Shown piece by piece: positions 12,811 to 26,900 of a stretch of 64,000 nucleotides of DNA. Each line of letters begins with the position of its first letter. Position 1 is the first letter of the stretch. A program made the translations under genes and the position numbers. Location of the stretch: the NCBI GenBank assembly GCA_964016885.1, contig OZ024743.1, forward strand, positions 170,686,001-170,750,000, in the 5' to 3' direction. This DNA is from Eledone cirrhosa (lineage: Eukaryota). A model generated the notes under the pieces. It saw only the letters and a program-made list of their open reading frames with translations. It made no database searches and had not been told where the DNA came from.

Positions 12811-13285
12811 CTATAAAATAAATCCAAAGATATTTGCTGTCACAAAAGGTTAAACTAATTAAAATTAGACACATTAAACAGTCATAATAGCTGTCTTTTT
12901 GTTAATACAACTTCACTGCAACCAGAAAATTAAAATAAGTTAAACTACCCTACTCTTAACTGACTACTGCGAACTTGTATTTAAACTCACTATTTTTAAG
13001 CACCTTAACATCTTGTGAAATAAATTTATTTTTAAACCGATTTCATAATTCAAATGTTTTTCTATCTTTACTAGTGGACAAATCGTTGTGAAAAACAAAA
13101 AAACTGCAGTATTAGAGTAAAGACTTTACTTTTTAATGTGATGCAGTCATAGTGCTGTCTTGCTAAGGCAGTTTCATATGGTATAATTTATTTAATCAAA
13201 TAATATTGTTGTTAGAAGAAAATAGTCATGCATCCTAATATAGATTGGTGTTGATCTTGCTGTAGTGTACTCCACATAAAGTTCT

Positions 13286-13388
13286 CTAGACACTATCTTG
13301 GTCCAAACTTGGCAAAGCTCGAATTCCAACTGTTTTCTTTATTGGTCCTTTGTGAGGATCCAAAACCCTGTGATTTTCTCTTATATTC
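13286..13388 (-). CDS. CCDC169: Last coding exon of a CCDC169-like coiled-coil gene
   Basis: Minus-strand acceptor ttttttcactcttccag, phase 2. Encodes (G)NIRENHRVLDPHKGPIKKTVGIRALPSLDQDSV*, resembling the CCDC169 C-terminal GP.KK....LP.L. Downstream AATAAA on minus at 13187-13192 and 13025-13030. Confidence 0.82.
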
Positions 13389-13715
13389 CTGGAAGAGTGA
13401 AAAAAATTACATCAAATAGGGAAAATAAAAAGAAGTAACGCATTTGTTTTCTTTTGGTGTTGTTTTTTGTTTGTTTTGTTTAATGAAGAATAAAACCTAA
13501 GTAGACTGAAACTACATTCTTCATTCTATTGAAGGAGTATCTATGCAGTCCCACATCCTACCCAGAAACACTAGCCAAATATTTCTCAAAATACATTTTA
13601 TCATGTTAAATAAAAGACACATTGGAAAATATAATCCTTGGCAGGATTCGAACTGAAGCTCAATATGCATATAACTCAAACAAATGCCACATATATAGTA
13701 ATAAATGGAATAATT

Positions 13716-13772
13716 TATTTTGTTATATATATTTCAGGGATACTAAGTTATAGTATGCCTTCAGACAAAATA
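13716..13772 (-). ncRNA. Hammerhead with a 3-nt core deletion (probably inactive)
   Basis: UAUUUUGU-CUGA(---)-AGG.AUACUA..UAGUAU.CCU-GAAA-UAUAUAUA-ACAAAAUA; paralog of 28110-28169. Confidence 0.7.
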
Positions 13773-15237
13773 CAATATTGTATGTATAAAATGTGACATA
13801 CTCATAAAAGAGATTACATGCAATCAATTCAAAATGGGTATGTGATTCAAAATTTCAAAATTTCCTAGGATGTAAAATTATTAGGAAATATAAACAAATA
13901 AGGACAGTTAAATTAGACATTTGAAATGTTTTTTAAAATAGTGTAATTAGATTGGTCAGAGAAAAAAACCGTTAGATCTTATTACTAAGAGGAGATATAT
14001 ATATAGATATTCATACACAAAACATATACATACATACGCTTATATGTATATAGATCTATATATATATATATTATATTCTAATGTTACAAAAAAATAAATG
14101 TGTATGCTATGTATATTTAGGGTTGCATTTACATAAGTAAATAAACAAACAAAGGGGAAGAACTCAGATTAATTATAATAAAAATTATATTTTAAGAATT
14201 TATTATTGGGGCCTATAATGTAAGCATAATATATATAATATAAAGAATATAAATAGTGCCACTTATGTTGTTACGATATATATATGTATAAACCTAAGAG
14301 AACCCATAAATATATTTATATATAGAAAACAATTAAGTCAATTATAATGCAAATATATAAATTTAGCAATATATTCTGGGAAATGATCTGGAAATTCTAT
14401 GTAAACAGCTGCTAAATATCTTATTTCTTTTATTAATAATAGATTTTGTATGACTAATAATATGAAGAATTTCAGTATTACAAAGATTCCAATATTTAGA
14501 GATAGAAGAATATACATATGGTGAGACGTTAGCTAGCTTCTGCTAAGATAATAAGTAATCTACGTTTTTGCTTTTTAGAGACCATATTAATTAAGATAGG
14601 GAAGTTGAGAATTTCTTACCTATTCTTTTAAAAGTATGCATGTAGTTATACTACCTTTCCTTAAATTTAGATGAAGTGGCACCTATATAGTTATACGACT
14701 TATTAGTTTTAACAATGCATTTATACACTAGATTACGGTAAAGGCATTTATTATTTAATGGGCAAGAAAGACTGTTCTTACAATTGCAATTCTTTATGTT
14801 ATTATTTGATGATAGAGCTCTATTATTAAGGTGTATATTATTATTATTGCTAATGCTATTATCAATATTACTATTGTTAGTGCTGAGGGTTATTTCTATT
14901 TGATTCATTTTAAGATTCCTATTATTAATTTTTGCTATATTTTGGCCAATGTTCATAGTTGTAGAGTATGTCTATTAAAAAGCTGGTAATATGTATGGGT
15001 ACTAGGGAAACATTTATCGAGAATGTGAAAGAACTGTTGTGCTAACTGGTTTTGATTCCTATGGATAGTAGACGAGAGTACCATAAAATAGAACGAGATC
15101 TGGCTTTTCTATTCGATTTGTTATTTTAGTTTATATGTAAGTTATGCTGGTTATAAGATTGATTTATATTATTAATATTAGAGGAATTATTTCCTTTATA
15201 ATAGAGTGTATAATTATCTTTATCTATGTAATTAATT

Positions 15238-15287
15238 TTTCAAGGGCAACCAATGCATATTATGGTGCGCTTTCATCAGATAAAATA
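15238..15287 (-). ncRNA. Partial hammerhead (core intact; stem III and 3' side of stem I diverged)
   Basis: UAUUUUAU-CUGAUGA-AAG...CUU-GAAA; same family as 58701-58766. Confidence 0.55.
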
Positions 15288-15655
15288 CAGATTTGTTTTA
15301 ACGGTTGCAGCTTCCTGGATAGTGGAGATATTACATTTATTGAGGGTGATACAAAATTATGAGTGAGTATGCAAATGAGTGTCCGAAAGGTTGAAAGGTA
15401 CTTTATTTAAATTAAACTGTTGGAAGAAGGTGATATGTAAGGGAGAGAGAGAAAAAAAGAAAGGAGAAAGATAGAAGAGGAAAGAAAGAACGATTATATA
15501 TATTGATAGTGAAAATAGACTGCATGAAGAGATGAGTTTCAAAGGATAAATATACACAGCGTAAGTATATTTAAGTGAGAGAAGAAATGAGAATAACGTG
15601 GAAGAAGAATTTTATAATACAGGATTCATTACGTTTTTATTATAATATTTATAAT

Positions 15656-15837
15656 TGTTTCTACTTTTGGCACAAGGCCAGCAATTACCCAGTACATTAC
15701 TGGTACTTTATTTTATCGACCCCGTAAGGATGAAAGGCAAAGTTAACCTCGGCGGGATTTGAACTCAGAATGGCAAGGGCCGTAACTCTATGCGTCAAAG
15801 CATGGCGTCCGACCCTCTACCGATACTGCCAATCCAC
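15656..15837 (-). mobile_element. tRNA-derived SINE inserted into the Penelope pLTR, 11-bp TSD
   Basis: Reverse complement of the 7333 SINE; atatttataat on both sides. Confidence 0.9.
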
Positions 15838-16481
15838 ATATTTATAATGATAGGTTGAAAAATTAGATTAAAATTAAATTAAAGATTAAAATTTACCTTA
15901 ATATTAAAGATTTAATTTAATAATTTAATATTAATAATGTGTATGTTAAGGATTATAAATTATTCTAAATTTAGGAAAAGTTTTCGAGAGTTTACCACTT
16001 AGTTATATTATAAAAACAGTAAGGAAGTGTAAAGGAAGTTAGAAGTGATTTTTTAAGAACTCAGATGACTCTAAGGATTAAATGTTATAAAGTTAAAAAG
16101 TTAAACATTTTTTATCTTATGAATATAATTAAAACATGAACCATGTTATTTTATACGAAGTCATAACATTACTTGCTATAAAGTTTAAAACATTTTTTTA
16201 AAATTATCTTAAGAATATATTTAAAGCATAAACCATAGGTTATTCCACATATATATAAAAAAACCTATATATAAAAATCATATTTTTAAGCTTGTTGAAT
16301 CCCAACAAATTAAATATAACCTCTGCATATATATATATATATATAAGTACTAGAGGTGCAATTGGATTGCGTTCACAGGCAGTATGCTTAAGATGAGCAC
16401 TTGATGCTTTTGGGGAGCAGAGTATCAATAATAATAAATAGGGAACAAAAAAACAGTATTGTATCTTATACATATTTAATT

Positions 16482-16573
16482 ACTTATTACATACGTTTCA
16501 CTACCAATCAGCTCGAGGAATGATCGAATTATGTTCGTTCTTCACTCTGGAATCAGAAGCTCCTCAGATATGT
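16482..16573 (-). ncRNA. Type I hammerhead with long stem II
   Basis: ACAUAU-CUGAGGA-GCU...AGU-GAA-AC(GUAU)GU-A^-AUAAGU; stem I pairs at 5 of 6 positions. Confidence 0.65.
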
Positions 16574-16796
16574 GTTCTCACATGTAGACTCACATCCAAA
16601 TGTTGCTGAATTGTTAAACACCCGATTTGTTATTTTGGGTTGCTACAGACTTTGTTAAAAGAGATGTGTCCTCGTCGATTTTATCATGCTAATTTGTGTT
16701 TAGTCAAAACCCTAGGGGTATGCAACCTTGAATTCAGCAATGTTTACTGTCATTTGTCGATTATTTGGATGTCATTTGTCGAGCAGATGGTAAATT

Positions 16797-16962
16797 ATTG
16801 TTTCTACTTTTGACAATTATCCCAGTACATTACTGGTACTTTATTTTATCGACCCCGTAAGGATGAAAGGCAAAGTGAACCTCGGCGGGATTTGAACTCA
16901 GACTATAAAGGGGTGTAACTCTATGCTGCAAAGCATGGCGTCCGACCTTCTACGGATACTGT
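16797..16962 (-). mobile_element. tRNA-derived SINE copy
   Basis: Reverse complement of the 7333 SINE with a small deletion. Confidence 0.88.
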
Positions 16963-17639
16963 AAATTATGCTGGTCTGGTACATATGCCATTCATGCGTG
17001 ACAGCCTGTCTATAGGAAATCTGTGATTTTAGGCTGCTAAGCCTTAGAAGTTCATAAGAACGTAAAATAATAAAGAAATAAATGTATAAATCAATGGATG
17101 AATAATTAGATAGTAGTACAAAGATAAAGAATAAAAGAGTAAGATAAAAATATATATAAAATAAAATAATACAAAGATAACAAAAAACTAAAATAAAATG
17201 ATTTTAAAACTTAAAATAGATGAATAAATTGGAACTAAATGAGCAAAAATGTAGATAAAGAAGGGCACACTATGAAGAGAAATTAAAAAAAGAAAAGGAA
17301 AATGAAAAAGAAAGAGTGAATGTCTAGACAGACAGCAACTATCACATCATTGTTGCACTTTGCCTCAATTGTGGACTTGATGAAATTAACTAACAGAATC
17401 AGTTCCTGTCTCACCCTTGCAAGCAGGGAAAAGTGGACGTAAAATGAAATGGAAATGAATGAAAATGAACATTGTCGACAATAGGTTGTTCTGATCCATC
17501 TATAACTCCAGTGTTGCGTCTAACTTGCAGACTTGATATGATCGTTTGTTGAAGATCCACACCGTTACTGTTAGGCATCCTTGCAGAATCAGTGTGAACC
17601 TCTGCGCTAGGTGTGATGCTTAAATCACTCAATTTTGGT

Positions 17640-18960
17640 TCCCATATATTTAGCAGTGCAAGTATGGGAAAAGAATAGATGTCAATATGCGGTGCAAGTA
17701 TGGGAAAAGAATAGATGTCAATTTAAGTGAGCTTTATAATCAACACACATACAGAGTGATCCATCTTTCTTTCTCAACCAGACCACAGGTGAGGCACATC
17801 TGATGGTGTGATGATGCCCATCATTTCCAACTTCTGTAACTAATCCTTAACTTCATTTTCTAAATGACCTGGAACGCGTCTCACTGAACTCATCCTGCTA
17901 TAACTCTCATCAGAGCAGTTAACACGAGCCACAAAACCTTTAACTTCCAGGAACACGTTCATGTTTAAGTTAAAACAAAATGAACTGTCTTTAATAATGT
18001 CCAAAGTTGTACTACAATGAAGCCACAAGATTCGTCAGTGTCGTTGAATTTAAATCTTAGACCAATCCAACCACCTTTAGATCTGAACCATCAAAGGTGG
18101 TTAAGCGTTTGTGACATGGTTCAATTGGGATATTTAGCTGTGAAGTGAATGAAAATGGTATTATTGAACAAACTGCACCCGTATCTAGTTTCATATCAAT
18201 GCTTCTGTTGTTTATAAAACACTTGCAGGAACCCATATTGTCTACGCGATTGTTGTTTATGTTTAGTATAAAACTGTCAATGGAGCCAGCCTTGCACAAA
18301 ATCTCATTTATGTTGTTTACTATACGATCGTATTTTGATGGACAGAATCTTGCAAAATGCCCTAATTTTCCGCATTTATTACAACTTTTTCCGTATGCCG
18401 GACACGTACGCGGTTTATGTGCACACTCACAATGTCTACATTTTGTTACATTGTCATTGTCCTGACTAGGAATATTTTTTGTTTTGTATAATGTTAAAAT
18501 TTGTGGATGGAGCAAAGGCTATCGGCTGCTCACAAACAGCATTTCAGATTCTATAGTGGATGCGAGAGTAGCTATTTCAGTGTATTTCATTTTAGAATTA
18601 CATCGTAACTGATCTAAATTTTTCAATTTTATCTCTTTCTATGATAATTCAGTGATGAAAATGAACTTCATCCTATTCAAGTGACAAAAGGAAACTTGAG
18701 AATTAATCCTAAAAAGAAAATCGTTGATTAACTTGTCTGTCTGCAATTAACAATCTATCATTTGGCTTTATTAGTTGATATAACGCCTCCATTATTTGCT
18801 GGTATGTAGCATCCTGAAGACTTATCAAGAAAATGACATCCTTCAGCTTCCTTATAGCCTATACCCCACAGGTAGAAAGAAACGTTGCTTTCTTTTTGAC
18901 ATCTTCAGAGTCGCTGCATAATAGTTTTACGTCAAACTGTATCAGGTGATCATGTCTTGC
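17640..18960 (-). mobile_element. Decayed Ty3/Gypsy LTR-retrotransposon gag-protease-RT fragment
   Basis: Zn knuckles CRHC..AH...CPA.GKSCNKCGKLGHFARFC, protease LDTGA, and RT start SPVVWLRKKDGSL.MCVDYK near 17730-17795. Confidence 0.88.
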
Positions 18961-20360
18961 TCATACAGGACTGATTCTGGCTTGGTTTCTATAGCTGGAT
19001 GCCCTTCCTAACACCAACCTCATTTACAGTGAGAGCTGAGTGCTTTTTTACTGTGGCACCTCCATGACCACTCTACAGTGTGGGCTGGGTGCTTTTTTGT
19101 CGTGACACCTCCACGACCACTTTGCAGTGGGAGAGGTTGGAGGAATATTGTCTATATGCTTCAGCTTCGGCTTGTGGGAAGTCAGATCTTCTGTATTACT
19201 GTGTCACGGTAGAGGTCTTGGTCTTGTGTCATCGCCTTTGTGAGGTGCAATTGGGTATGGTCAGCTTTTATCACTTCATCCTAGGTCTTCTTGGGTCTTC
19301 CCACTCCAAGGCTTCCATCGACTTTTAGTGCTCTGAACCTTTTTATGCAGCTGTCATCCTTCATACGCATCACATGCCCATACCAACACAACCTCCTCTC
19401 CTGCACACAACATTTGGTACCTCTTATGCTTAGGTTCTCTCTCAATTCGTTTATTCTTTGCTGTTCGCGTATATTACTATTACACATCCATCAGAGCATG
19501 CAAGCTTCATTTCTTTCTAATGTACGCAAGTCTTCTACACACAACGCCCAGGTCTCACTATCATGTAACATTGCTGTTCATATGCACGCATCATACAGTC
19601 TGCCTTTCATTTTGAGGGAAAAGCCTTTTGCAGATAGAAAGTGGTAGTAGCTCCCTGAACTTCTTCTATCCTGTTCTTATCCTGGCTACTGTACTTTCAG
19701 AACAGCCACCTCCACTGCTAATTCGGTCACCTGTCTAGAAGCTGTCTATTGTTTCTACAGAGCTCTCCCAGAATTTGGCAATGCTTGTTTCCTGTGGCGG
19801 TTTGCTGCTTACTGTCCCGATGTAACTGCTACATGTAAAGTCTACAGTTTTAACTAAACTTCCTGAGATCCCACTACATCTCTTGTGTACCCATGGTTTG
19901 TATTTGGGGAAGAGGATGGGATTTCTACCTACATCTTTCCTTCATACTGAGCAAGGAAATTTCCCTGAGGGGATCTGGGCTTTGTTTTCTCATCTACTTA
20001 CGAGGACATTAGTTTTTGCAGGTCGACTTTGAGACACCTTGTTTCTAGGCCCTGCTTCCATGTTTGGAATTTCTTCTCTAGTTCCACCATAGATTCAGCT
20101 ATAAGTGAAAGATCATCTACATACAGAAGTTCCCATGGGCATCCAGTTTTATACTCCTCTGTTTAGCGTGCAATATGATAATAAACAGGAGAGGGCTAAG
20201 AACAGAGCCCTGTATGCTAAATTCCTCGCTATAGTCATTGTTAACCCTAACTTTGCTGACTGCTCCCCTATACATGACTTGAACAGCCTTCAAAAGCCAT
20301 TCGTCTACTCCTAGTTTTCTAAGGGCCCACCATGAGGCACTCTGTTGAAGGCTTTTTACA
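18950..20360 (-). mobile_element. RTE LINE 3' half with 3' UTR
   Basis: QGSVLSPLLF and WYGHVMRM motifs; gctggatgcccttcctaacaccaacc UTR motif. Confidence 0.88.
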
Positions 20361-20609
20361 TATATTAAGACATGTTCAGCACCACATTTATATATGTATA
20401 TAAAAGCTATTCTTAAAGTGGATATCTGATTCATAAATCTACTTTACATTCTAATTTATTTATTATGTAGATGAACATATAAAACTGAATATATAGACAA
20501 AGTTATTAAAACTAAGATGAAGATAAAAGGTATGACATACAGAGAGATACACAAACATATAAAAATAAAATTTTATTTTTAGAAAAGTAAGGAAATATCT
20601 TCTTCACAC

Positions 20610-23035
20610 CCACTTATTCCCAAGAGGGTCGTAGGGGCAGAGTCCTCAAACACTCCTTCCAGTTGGTTCTGTCAGAAGCAACTGTCTCCAACAGTGGAAT
20701 CCCCAAGCAAGACCAGCCAAGCTCATGGATGTTATCCAACCATCTTGCTCAGGGCCTACTCCGAGATTGGTTTTGCCCATAAAATCTGTCCAGCGATTCT
20801 TTACTGAAACATTCTAACCACATATCCATCAGTTCAGAGCTGTGATCAGTTCAGAGCTGTGATTCAAAGAAGTAACAGCTCTACATGGAGTCATTCTCTG
20901 ATCTCCGAGCTATGCACTCTATCGAGTAACATTATTCCAAAGACCCTTCAGAGGGATCCCATTTCAGTTGCTTCTATTTGTGATCATATTTTTTCAGTCA
21001 CTACCCAAAATTCATGACCATAGGTAAGGGTTGGTATGAGTACCGAATTGAAGATAGTAAGTTTGGCTTTTATGCCTACCACCCTTCTGATTACTGAATG
21101 CTGAAACTGGTGCATTATTGCACCAGCTCTTGCAATTCTTGCACTTGAAAGAGATACTTGAAATTCTGCACTTGAAAGAGATACTTGAAATTCTGTACCT
21201 GCTTCAGTGGAACTCCATTCACATATAGAGTGCAGTGCGCAGGCTTCCTTGAGAGGATAAGTGTCTCAATTTTTGCAGCACCAATTTTCATTCCAGCCAT
21301 GCAGCACTCGGCATCAAACCTATTGAGTGCAAGTTGGAGATCACCTTCTGACAAGTTAAGTAACACCATGTCATCTGCAAATTCCAGCCAACTCATTTTA
21401 CACCTGCCTGTCATGATACCACTTCCAGCCTGGCTTCACATGTCAATCTTGTTCATGAAAATAATTAACAGGGATGTGACAGTACGCATCCTTGGTGGAG
21501 TCCAACTCACACATTCGATTTAGCACCGTTTATCTGAACACAAATACTGTTGTCTCTATACACTCGTATAGAGACAACAAAGCCACAAGAAGTTGACCAT
21601 CAATCCCATACTCCTGCAGAACCTTCCACAACAGATCCCGAGGTCAATACTTTCTCAAGGTCGATAAAACAAGAATATACATCTTAGCAATAGTACAACG
21701 ATATCTCAAAGACCTGTCACAGTATGAATATTTGGTTGGCTGTGCTGCATTCAGGGCGAAAACCACACTGTTCATCAGCTAGCTTGGACTCAACAATCTC
21801 CTGGCATCTCTTTGCTGGATGCTTAGCATAAACTTTACCTGGGAGGCTTAATTGGAACAATCTCTGTCTCCATTTTTGAAAATCTGATTATCACTCCTGC
21901 TTGCCATTGCTTAGCTGCCTTTCCAGAGATCCCGACCACCTGGCACAAACATGTCAGCTAGAGAATACTTTCTCTATTTAAGGCTTTTAACATCTTGGGC
22001 CAGAATTCATCTTCCCCAGCAGCCTTGCCACATTTGGTTTCTTTAACTGCTCTTGTAACCTCAGACTCAGAGAGAGTAGTCACTGCTCCCACATGGACCT
22101 CATGTACATCTGAAGATGCTTGTGATCAGGTTTAGGAGATCAGCAAAGTATTCTCTCCACCTCACAAGGATGCACCTCTCTGAAGAGAGAACACCAGATG
22201 CGTTCATGATAGTAGGAGTGGAGGAAGGTTTATTACAAAATCGGTGGATAGTCTGCCAAACACTTTATTTGATGATCTTTAGTCAGATTCCAACTTATCT
22301 CCAAAGTCCTCCCATGTCTTAACTTTAGACACCTTTACTGTCTCTGCTGTAATTATTCGTGCCTGCTTGTACTTCAAGTACAAGAAGAAAGACTTATTTC
22401 CAAGTCAAGCTTTGTAACTCTCCTTCGTTGCTCATATGGAATCTTTGACCTCTTGATTTAACAAAAGGGTCCTCCTGTCATCCACAACACTTAACATCTG
22501 AAGCAGAAACTGTTGAGCTGAACAATCTCCACTATCACAACGTCCTCAGTTTACTCAAGGAGTTCTCTGAATTTAGATGCAATAGTATCTGCATACCTGG
22601 TCCTGACTTCCTTATCCACCAATGCTTCCCACTTTATCTTGTAGGTCGCCCTGGACCTGCCAGTTTTGTGGGCTTCTTTGACTTTAGGTAGTTTCAAGTT
22701 GCAGATAATAGATGGTGATCAGTTGAGAGCTCAGCCCTTCTCTTTACATGAAAATTCAGCACAGATTCGAAGAGATCAGAGACAATAACAAAATCAATTA
22801 TTGTCTCTGTGCTGGAAGGTGTTCATAACAGAGAGTCCATTGCTAGAACAGAAGTCTAATAAGGCCTCTCCATTTGTATTTAGATCAGGGTCACCATTCC
22901 TTCCAATCACTCCTTTCCATGTCAGGTGGTTAATGCCAACATGTGCATTGAAGTCTCCATGAGGACATATGACTCAGTCTTAATTACATCTAACATTGCA
23001 GTGACTTCTTCAAGAAAGGACCTGTAGTCAATCTC
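20610..23035 (-). mobile_element. Decayed RTE-clade LINE of a second (Expander-like) family
   Basis: FADDMVLL...GMKI..K.E...LKQVQNFKYL with no finger insertion; APE remnants GDFNAHVG near 22940-22960. Confidence 0.8.
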
Positions 23036-23039
23036 CTTG

Positions 23040-23632
23040 TTTGGTGCATAGTTGTTCTGCTAGAGAACGGGTTGCAGATGACGGATAACAATACGGCCAC
23101 CAGATATGATGACTAGTTGTGATATAAGTGAACTCCTGCTGGATAAATAAGCAACCCTTGACCAACAACAGTAAACTACTAGAGGAGATGGAGCAATGGA
23201 TGACACCTGTACGTCCCAAGGAAACTCTCACAACCCAGTGATATAGCTACGACGAGGTTAGTAAAGGCCACCTTTAAAAATGCCTAGTCTTCATGGGTTT
23301 GGCAAAATACCAGATTCGTGACTGTTGTAAATAGAACCACTGAAACTGAAACAGCAATATGATGAGGAAAACAAATAAGAAGCATACCCTATCGTCCTTC
23401 ATGTAGGTTAACAAGGGACATGTTCAAGCCTTAGGTAGAGGGGCCTGTTCAAAAGATTTATTGCAGTCTCCATTTAATGCTACAAAAACTGGGGATGAGC
23501 TTGCGACTTGTCCTGGGAGGTATGGGATGGACACACAACGATTGCATATCCTGGGACCCCAAAGAGAGATTGGAAGGGAGGAAACCTTGACAGTTGGAAC
23601 CTGGAACATCACAACCCTTACAGGTAAGGAGC
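23040..23632 (+). mobile_element. Inverted 5' end of an RTE-clade LINE (5' UTR plus APE start)
   Basis: ETLTVGTWNITTLTGKE at 23581-23631, opposite in strand to the adjoining LINE body. Confidence 0.6.
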
Positions 23633-23986
23633 AGATTAATTTTATAATTTTTATGATTTCAATTAATAAGTGTTATTAAACTTATATGTTCTAGTTGTAT
23701 ACCTATAACTCTAATTTGGTATATGTGTATCTGTATAGTTAGTATAATATCTTTAGTTACTGCACATTATATTTTTGTCACTAATAAATTTTAATTATGT
23801 ATTTAGGCTTTCATAAAATGTTAACGTTTTCCCAATAGTATTTGAATTTGTTTACATTTTCTGAACGCCTGTGATTCTTTTATGAACATATATTATTTTT
23901 ATGTAATCAATTTTGATGAGATTATTATAACAGGAATGGAATATTCCAGTTATTTTAATTTAAATTCTAGTTATTCCTTTATATAT

Positions 23987-26900
23987 CATCATCATCATCA
24001 TCATCATCGTTTAACGTCCATCTTCCACGCTAGCATGGGTTTGGACGGCAATTTTCCCACCTGAGGCAAGATTGGTTGTCTTGCTCGTATAGGACTGTCT
24101 GGCGTGTTTTCTACGGCTGGATGCCCTTCCTAACACCAACCACGTTTACAGTGAGGACTGGGAGGTTTTTACCATGACACCCACACGCCATCATTTGTTT
24201 CAGACTGGATGCTGTGGTACCAGCATAACTTTACATTGGAAGGGGTGGGGGTAGTGGGGCCGGGGTGTATTTTTGTTACAGGTGCCTACTTACTGTAGGT
24301 TTCGCTTTATACTTAGGCAAGGCGGGTCTTCTGTATTACTGTGTATCGCCAAAGATCTCGGTCCAGTGACATTGTCTTGGAGAGGTGTAAGTGTGTGAGG
24401 TCAGAATTTAGCAAGTCGTCCCAGGTTTTTCTGGGTCTGCCAACTCCGTGGCTACCGTCTATTTTTATCGCCCTGCACTTTTTTATACAGCTGTCGTCTT
24501 TCATGCGCATCACGTGACCATACCACGTAGTCTTCTCTCGAGTAAACAGCATCTGATTCCTCTTATTCGTAATTTCTGTTCGTATGCAGGCATCATACAG
24601 CCTGCCTTTCATTTTTAGTGAGAACCCTTTAGCAGCCAATAGTGGTATAAGCTCTCTGAACTTTTTCCATCCCGTTCTGACTCTAGCTACTGTACTTTCG
24701 GAGCACCCTCCACCACTGCAGATTTAGCACCCAGGTAACGGAAGGAGTCCACTATTTCTATAGAACCATCTGTGCAATGGAATGAGCTAGTATTTTGTGG
24801 GCACTTGCTGCTACTTATTGCACCAGAGCACCGGCCACATATAAAATCTATATTCTTAGTTAGCTTACCTGTGATCCCACTACATCTTTTATGCACCCAT
24901 ACTTTGCATTTGGGAAATAAAATGGAGTTTCTGCCTACTCCTTTCCTACACACTGAGCATGGCCATTTCCCAGATGGGACTGGTGCCCTATTTTCCTTCC
25001 TACAAACTAGAACTTTAGTCTTCAACAGGTTAATTTTAAGGCCTTTTGATTCTAGGCCATGCTTCCATATTTGGAATTTCTTCTCTAGTTCGGCCATTGA
25101 TTCAGCTATGAGCATTAGATCATCTGCGTATAGGAGTTCCCATGGGCAGCCGGTCTTGAACTCCTCTGTTATAGCCTGAAGAGCACCAACCTTCACGCTA
25201 AACTCTTCACTATATTCGTTGTTAATTCTAACCTTGCTGACTGTTTCTTTATACATGGCTTGTATAGCTCTCACAAGCCATTCATCAACACCTAGTTTTC
25301 TAAGAGGCCACCAGATAATGGGGTGGGGGACTCTGTCAAAGGCTTTCTCCAAGTCAACAAAAGCTAAGTATAGGGGTTTACTTTTAGCTAGGTACTTCTC
25401 CTGTAGTTGTCGTACAATGAAAAGAGCGTCTGTGGTACTTTTACCTGACACAAACCCGAACTGCATTTCATCTAGATCAATTCGCTCTCTGATTAGTTGC
25501 GCTATTACTTTTTCTGTGACCTTCATGACCTGGTTGATTAATTTAATGCCTCTATAGGGAATCTCCTTTACCCGTGTAGCAGTTAATGATGCTGCTGCTA
25601 CGCCAGTCCTTCGGAACGACCCCATTCTGTATGCCTTGGTTTACTATCCGGGTGACCATAGTGTGTCCCACCGTTCCAGATGCTTTCAGCTTTTCAGCAA
25701 CTATTTCTGAAGGCCCAGCCGCCTTACCCGTCTTCATATCTTTGATTGCCTTACTTATTATACTACCTTCAACTAGCACTGCTGGTCCCTCTATTGGATC
25801 GATGTGGGGGAGACTGTCTTTCTCCAATTTATTCTCCTCATTTAGTAGCCTTTCGTAGTGACACTTCCAGCTACCTTCTTATCAGCGTCAGTGATGGCAA
25901 GTACATCATCATCATTAAGGACACACTTCTCCCCGACAATATCACTGTTTTCCTTGACACATTGCCTAGCAATCCTGAACACCTCACGTTTTTGGTCCTC
26001 GCGTTGTAGAACATGCTTGAACTTTCTTTCCTCTGCTTCCCTTCTTGCGAAGTACACTTGTCTCCTAGCTTCCCTCCTGGCCACTTGATAGTCTTCTCTA
26101 CTTCCCCCATCCCGCCATACTTTCCAAGCCTGCTTTTTGGCCTTAATTGACTCTTCCACCTTACTGTTCCACCACCACGTTACTCTCCTCCTGCCTATAG
26201 GCCTGCTCCAGCCACAGACATCATCTGCCGCCTTCAGCAAGTTAGCTTTCAGGAATTCCCACTGTTCCTCTATATTGTACGACTCTGCTCTTCCTTACTG
26301 TCAAAAGCATCAAGTAATATGCTTTTAAATTTATTACTGGTTGTGGGGTCCTTTAGCTTCCATATTTTTCTCCTGAGGATAGTCCTCCTCTGTTGTCGAG
26401 TACGTCTTGTCCTGACTATGAGTCTATGTTGGAAGGTGCATTCTTCATGGGGGGGGGATTTAGTGTTTACAACAGACACTCTATCATGTCTTCTGGTAAG
26501 GATATAATCTATCTGACTGGTGTGTTCCCCTGATCTATAGGTGATCAAGAGATTGTCTTGTTTTTTGAAGTTAGTGTTACAGACAGTTAGGTTATTTGCG
26601 TCACAGAATTCCAGGATTCTGGCGCCTTCCTCATTTCTAGTACCAAACCCATAGCCTCCATGGATTCCATCATAGCCATCACAATGTTGTCCAACATGAC
26701 CATTTAGGTTGCCAGCAATAATTGTGTAGTCACTGTCGGTTATTTGGGAGGTCATGAGCATCAATGTCTCATAGAATCTGTTTTTTATAACGCCAGGCAG
26801 TCCGGATTGGGGTGCATACGCAGATATTACTGTCACAGTAGTTCTATTTAGGACAAGTCTTATTTTAATTATTCTGTTGTTCACTCTATTTACGTCTATT

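Larger units (their letters stand above)
13690..16330 (-). mobile_element. Penelope-like element: pLTR, GIY-YIG fragment and hammerhead-bearing tail
   Basis: ORF 14651-14956 CNC...CPLNNKCL..NLVYKC...YIGAT...FKER (PLE GIY-YIG). 15238-15500 is homologous to the arms at 57581-58810. Terminus 16285-16330 is shared with ~58858-58905. Confidence 0.85.

Noticed and set aside
23040-23440. HDV-like ribozyme in the RTE 5' UTR
   Set aside because: Known for some RTEs, but the nested double pseudoknot could not be identified by eye
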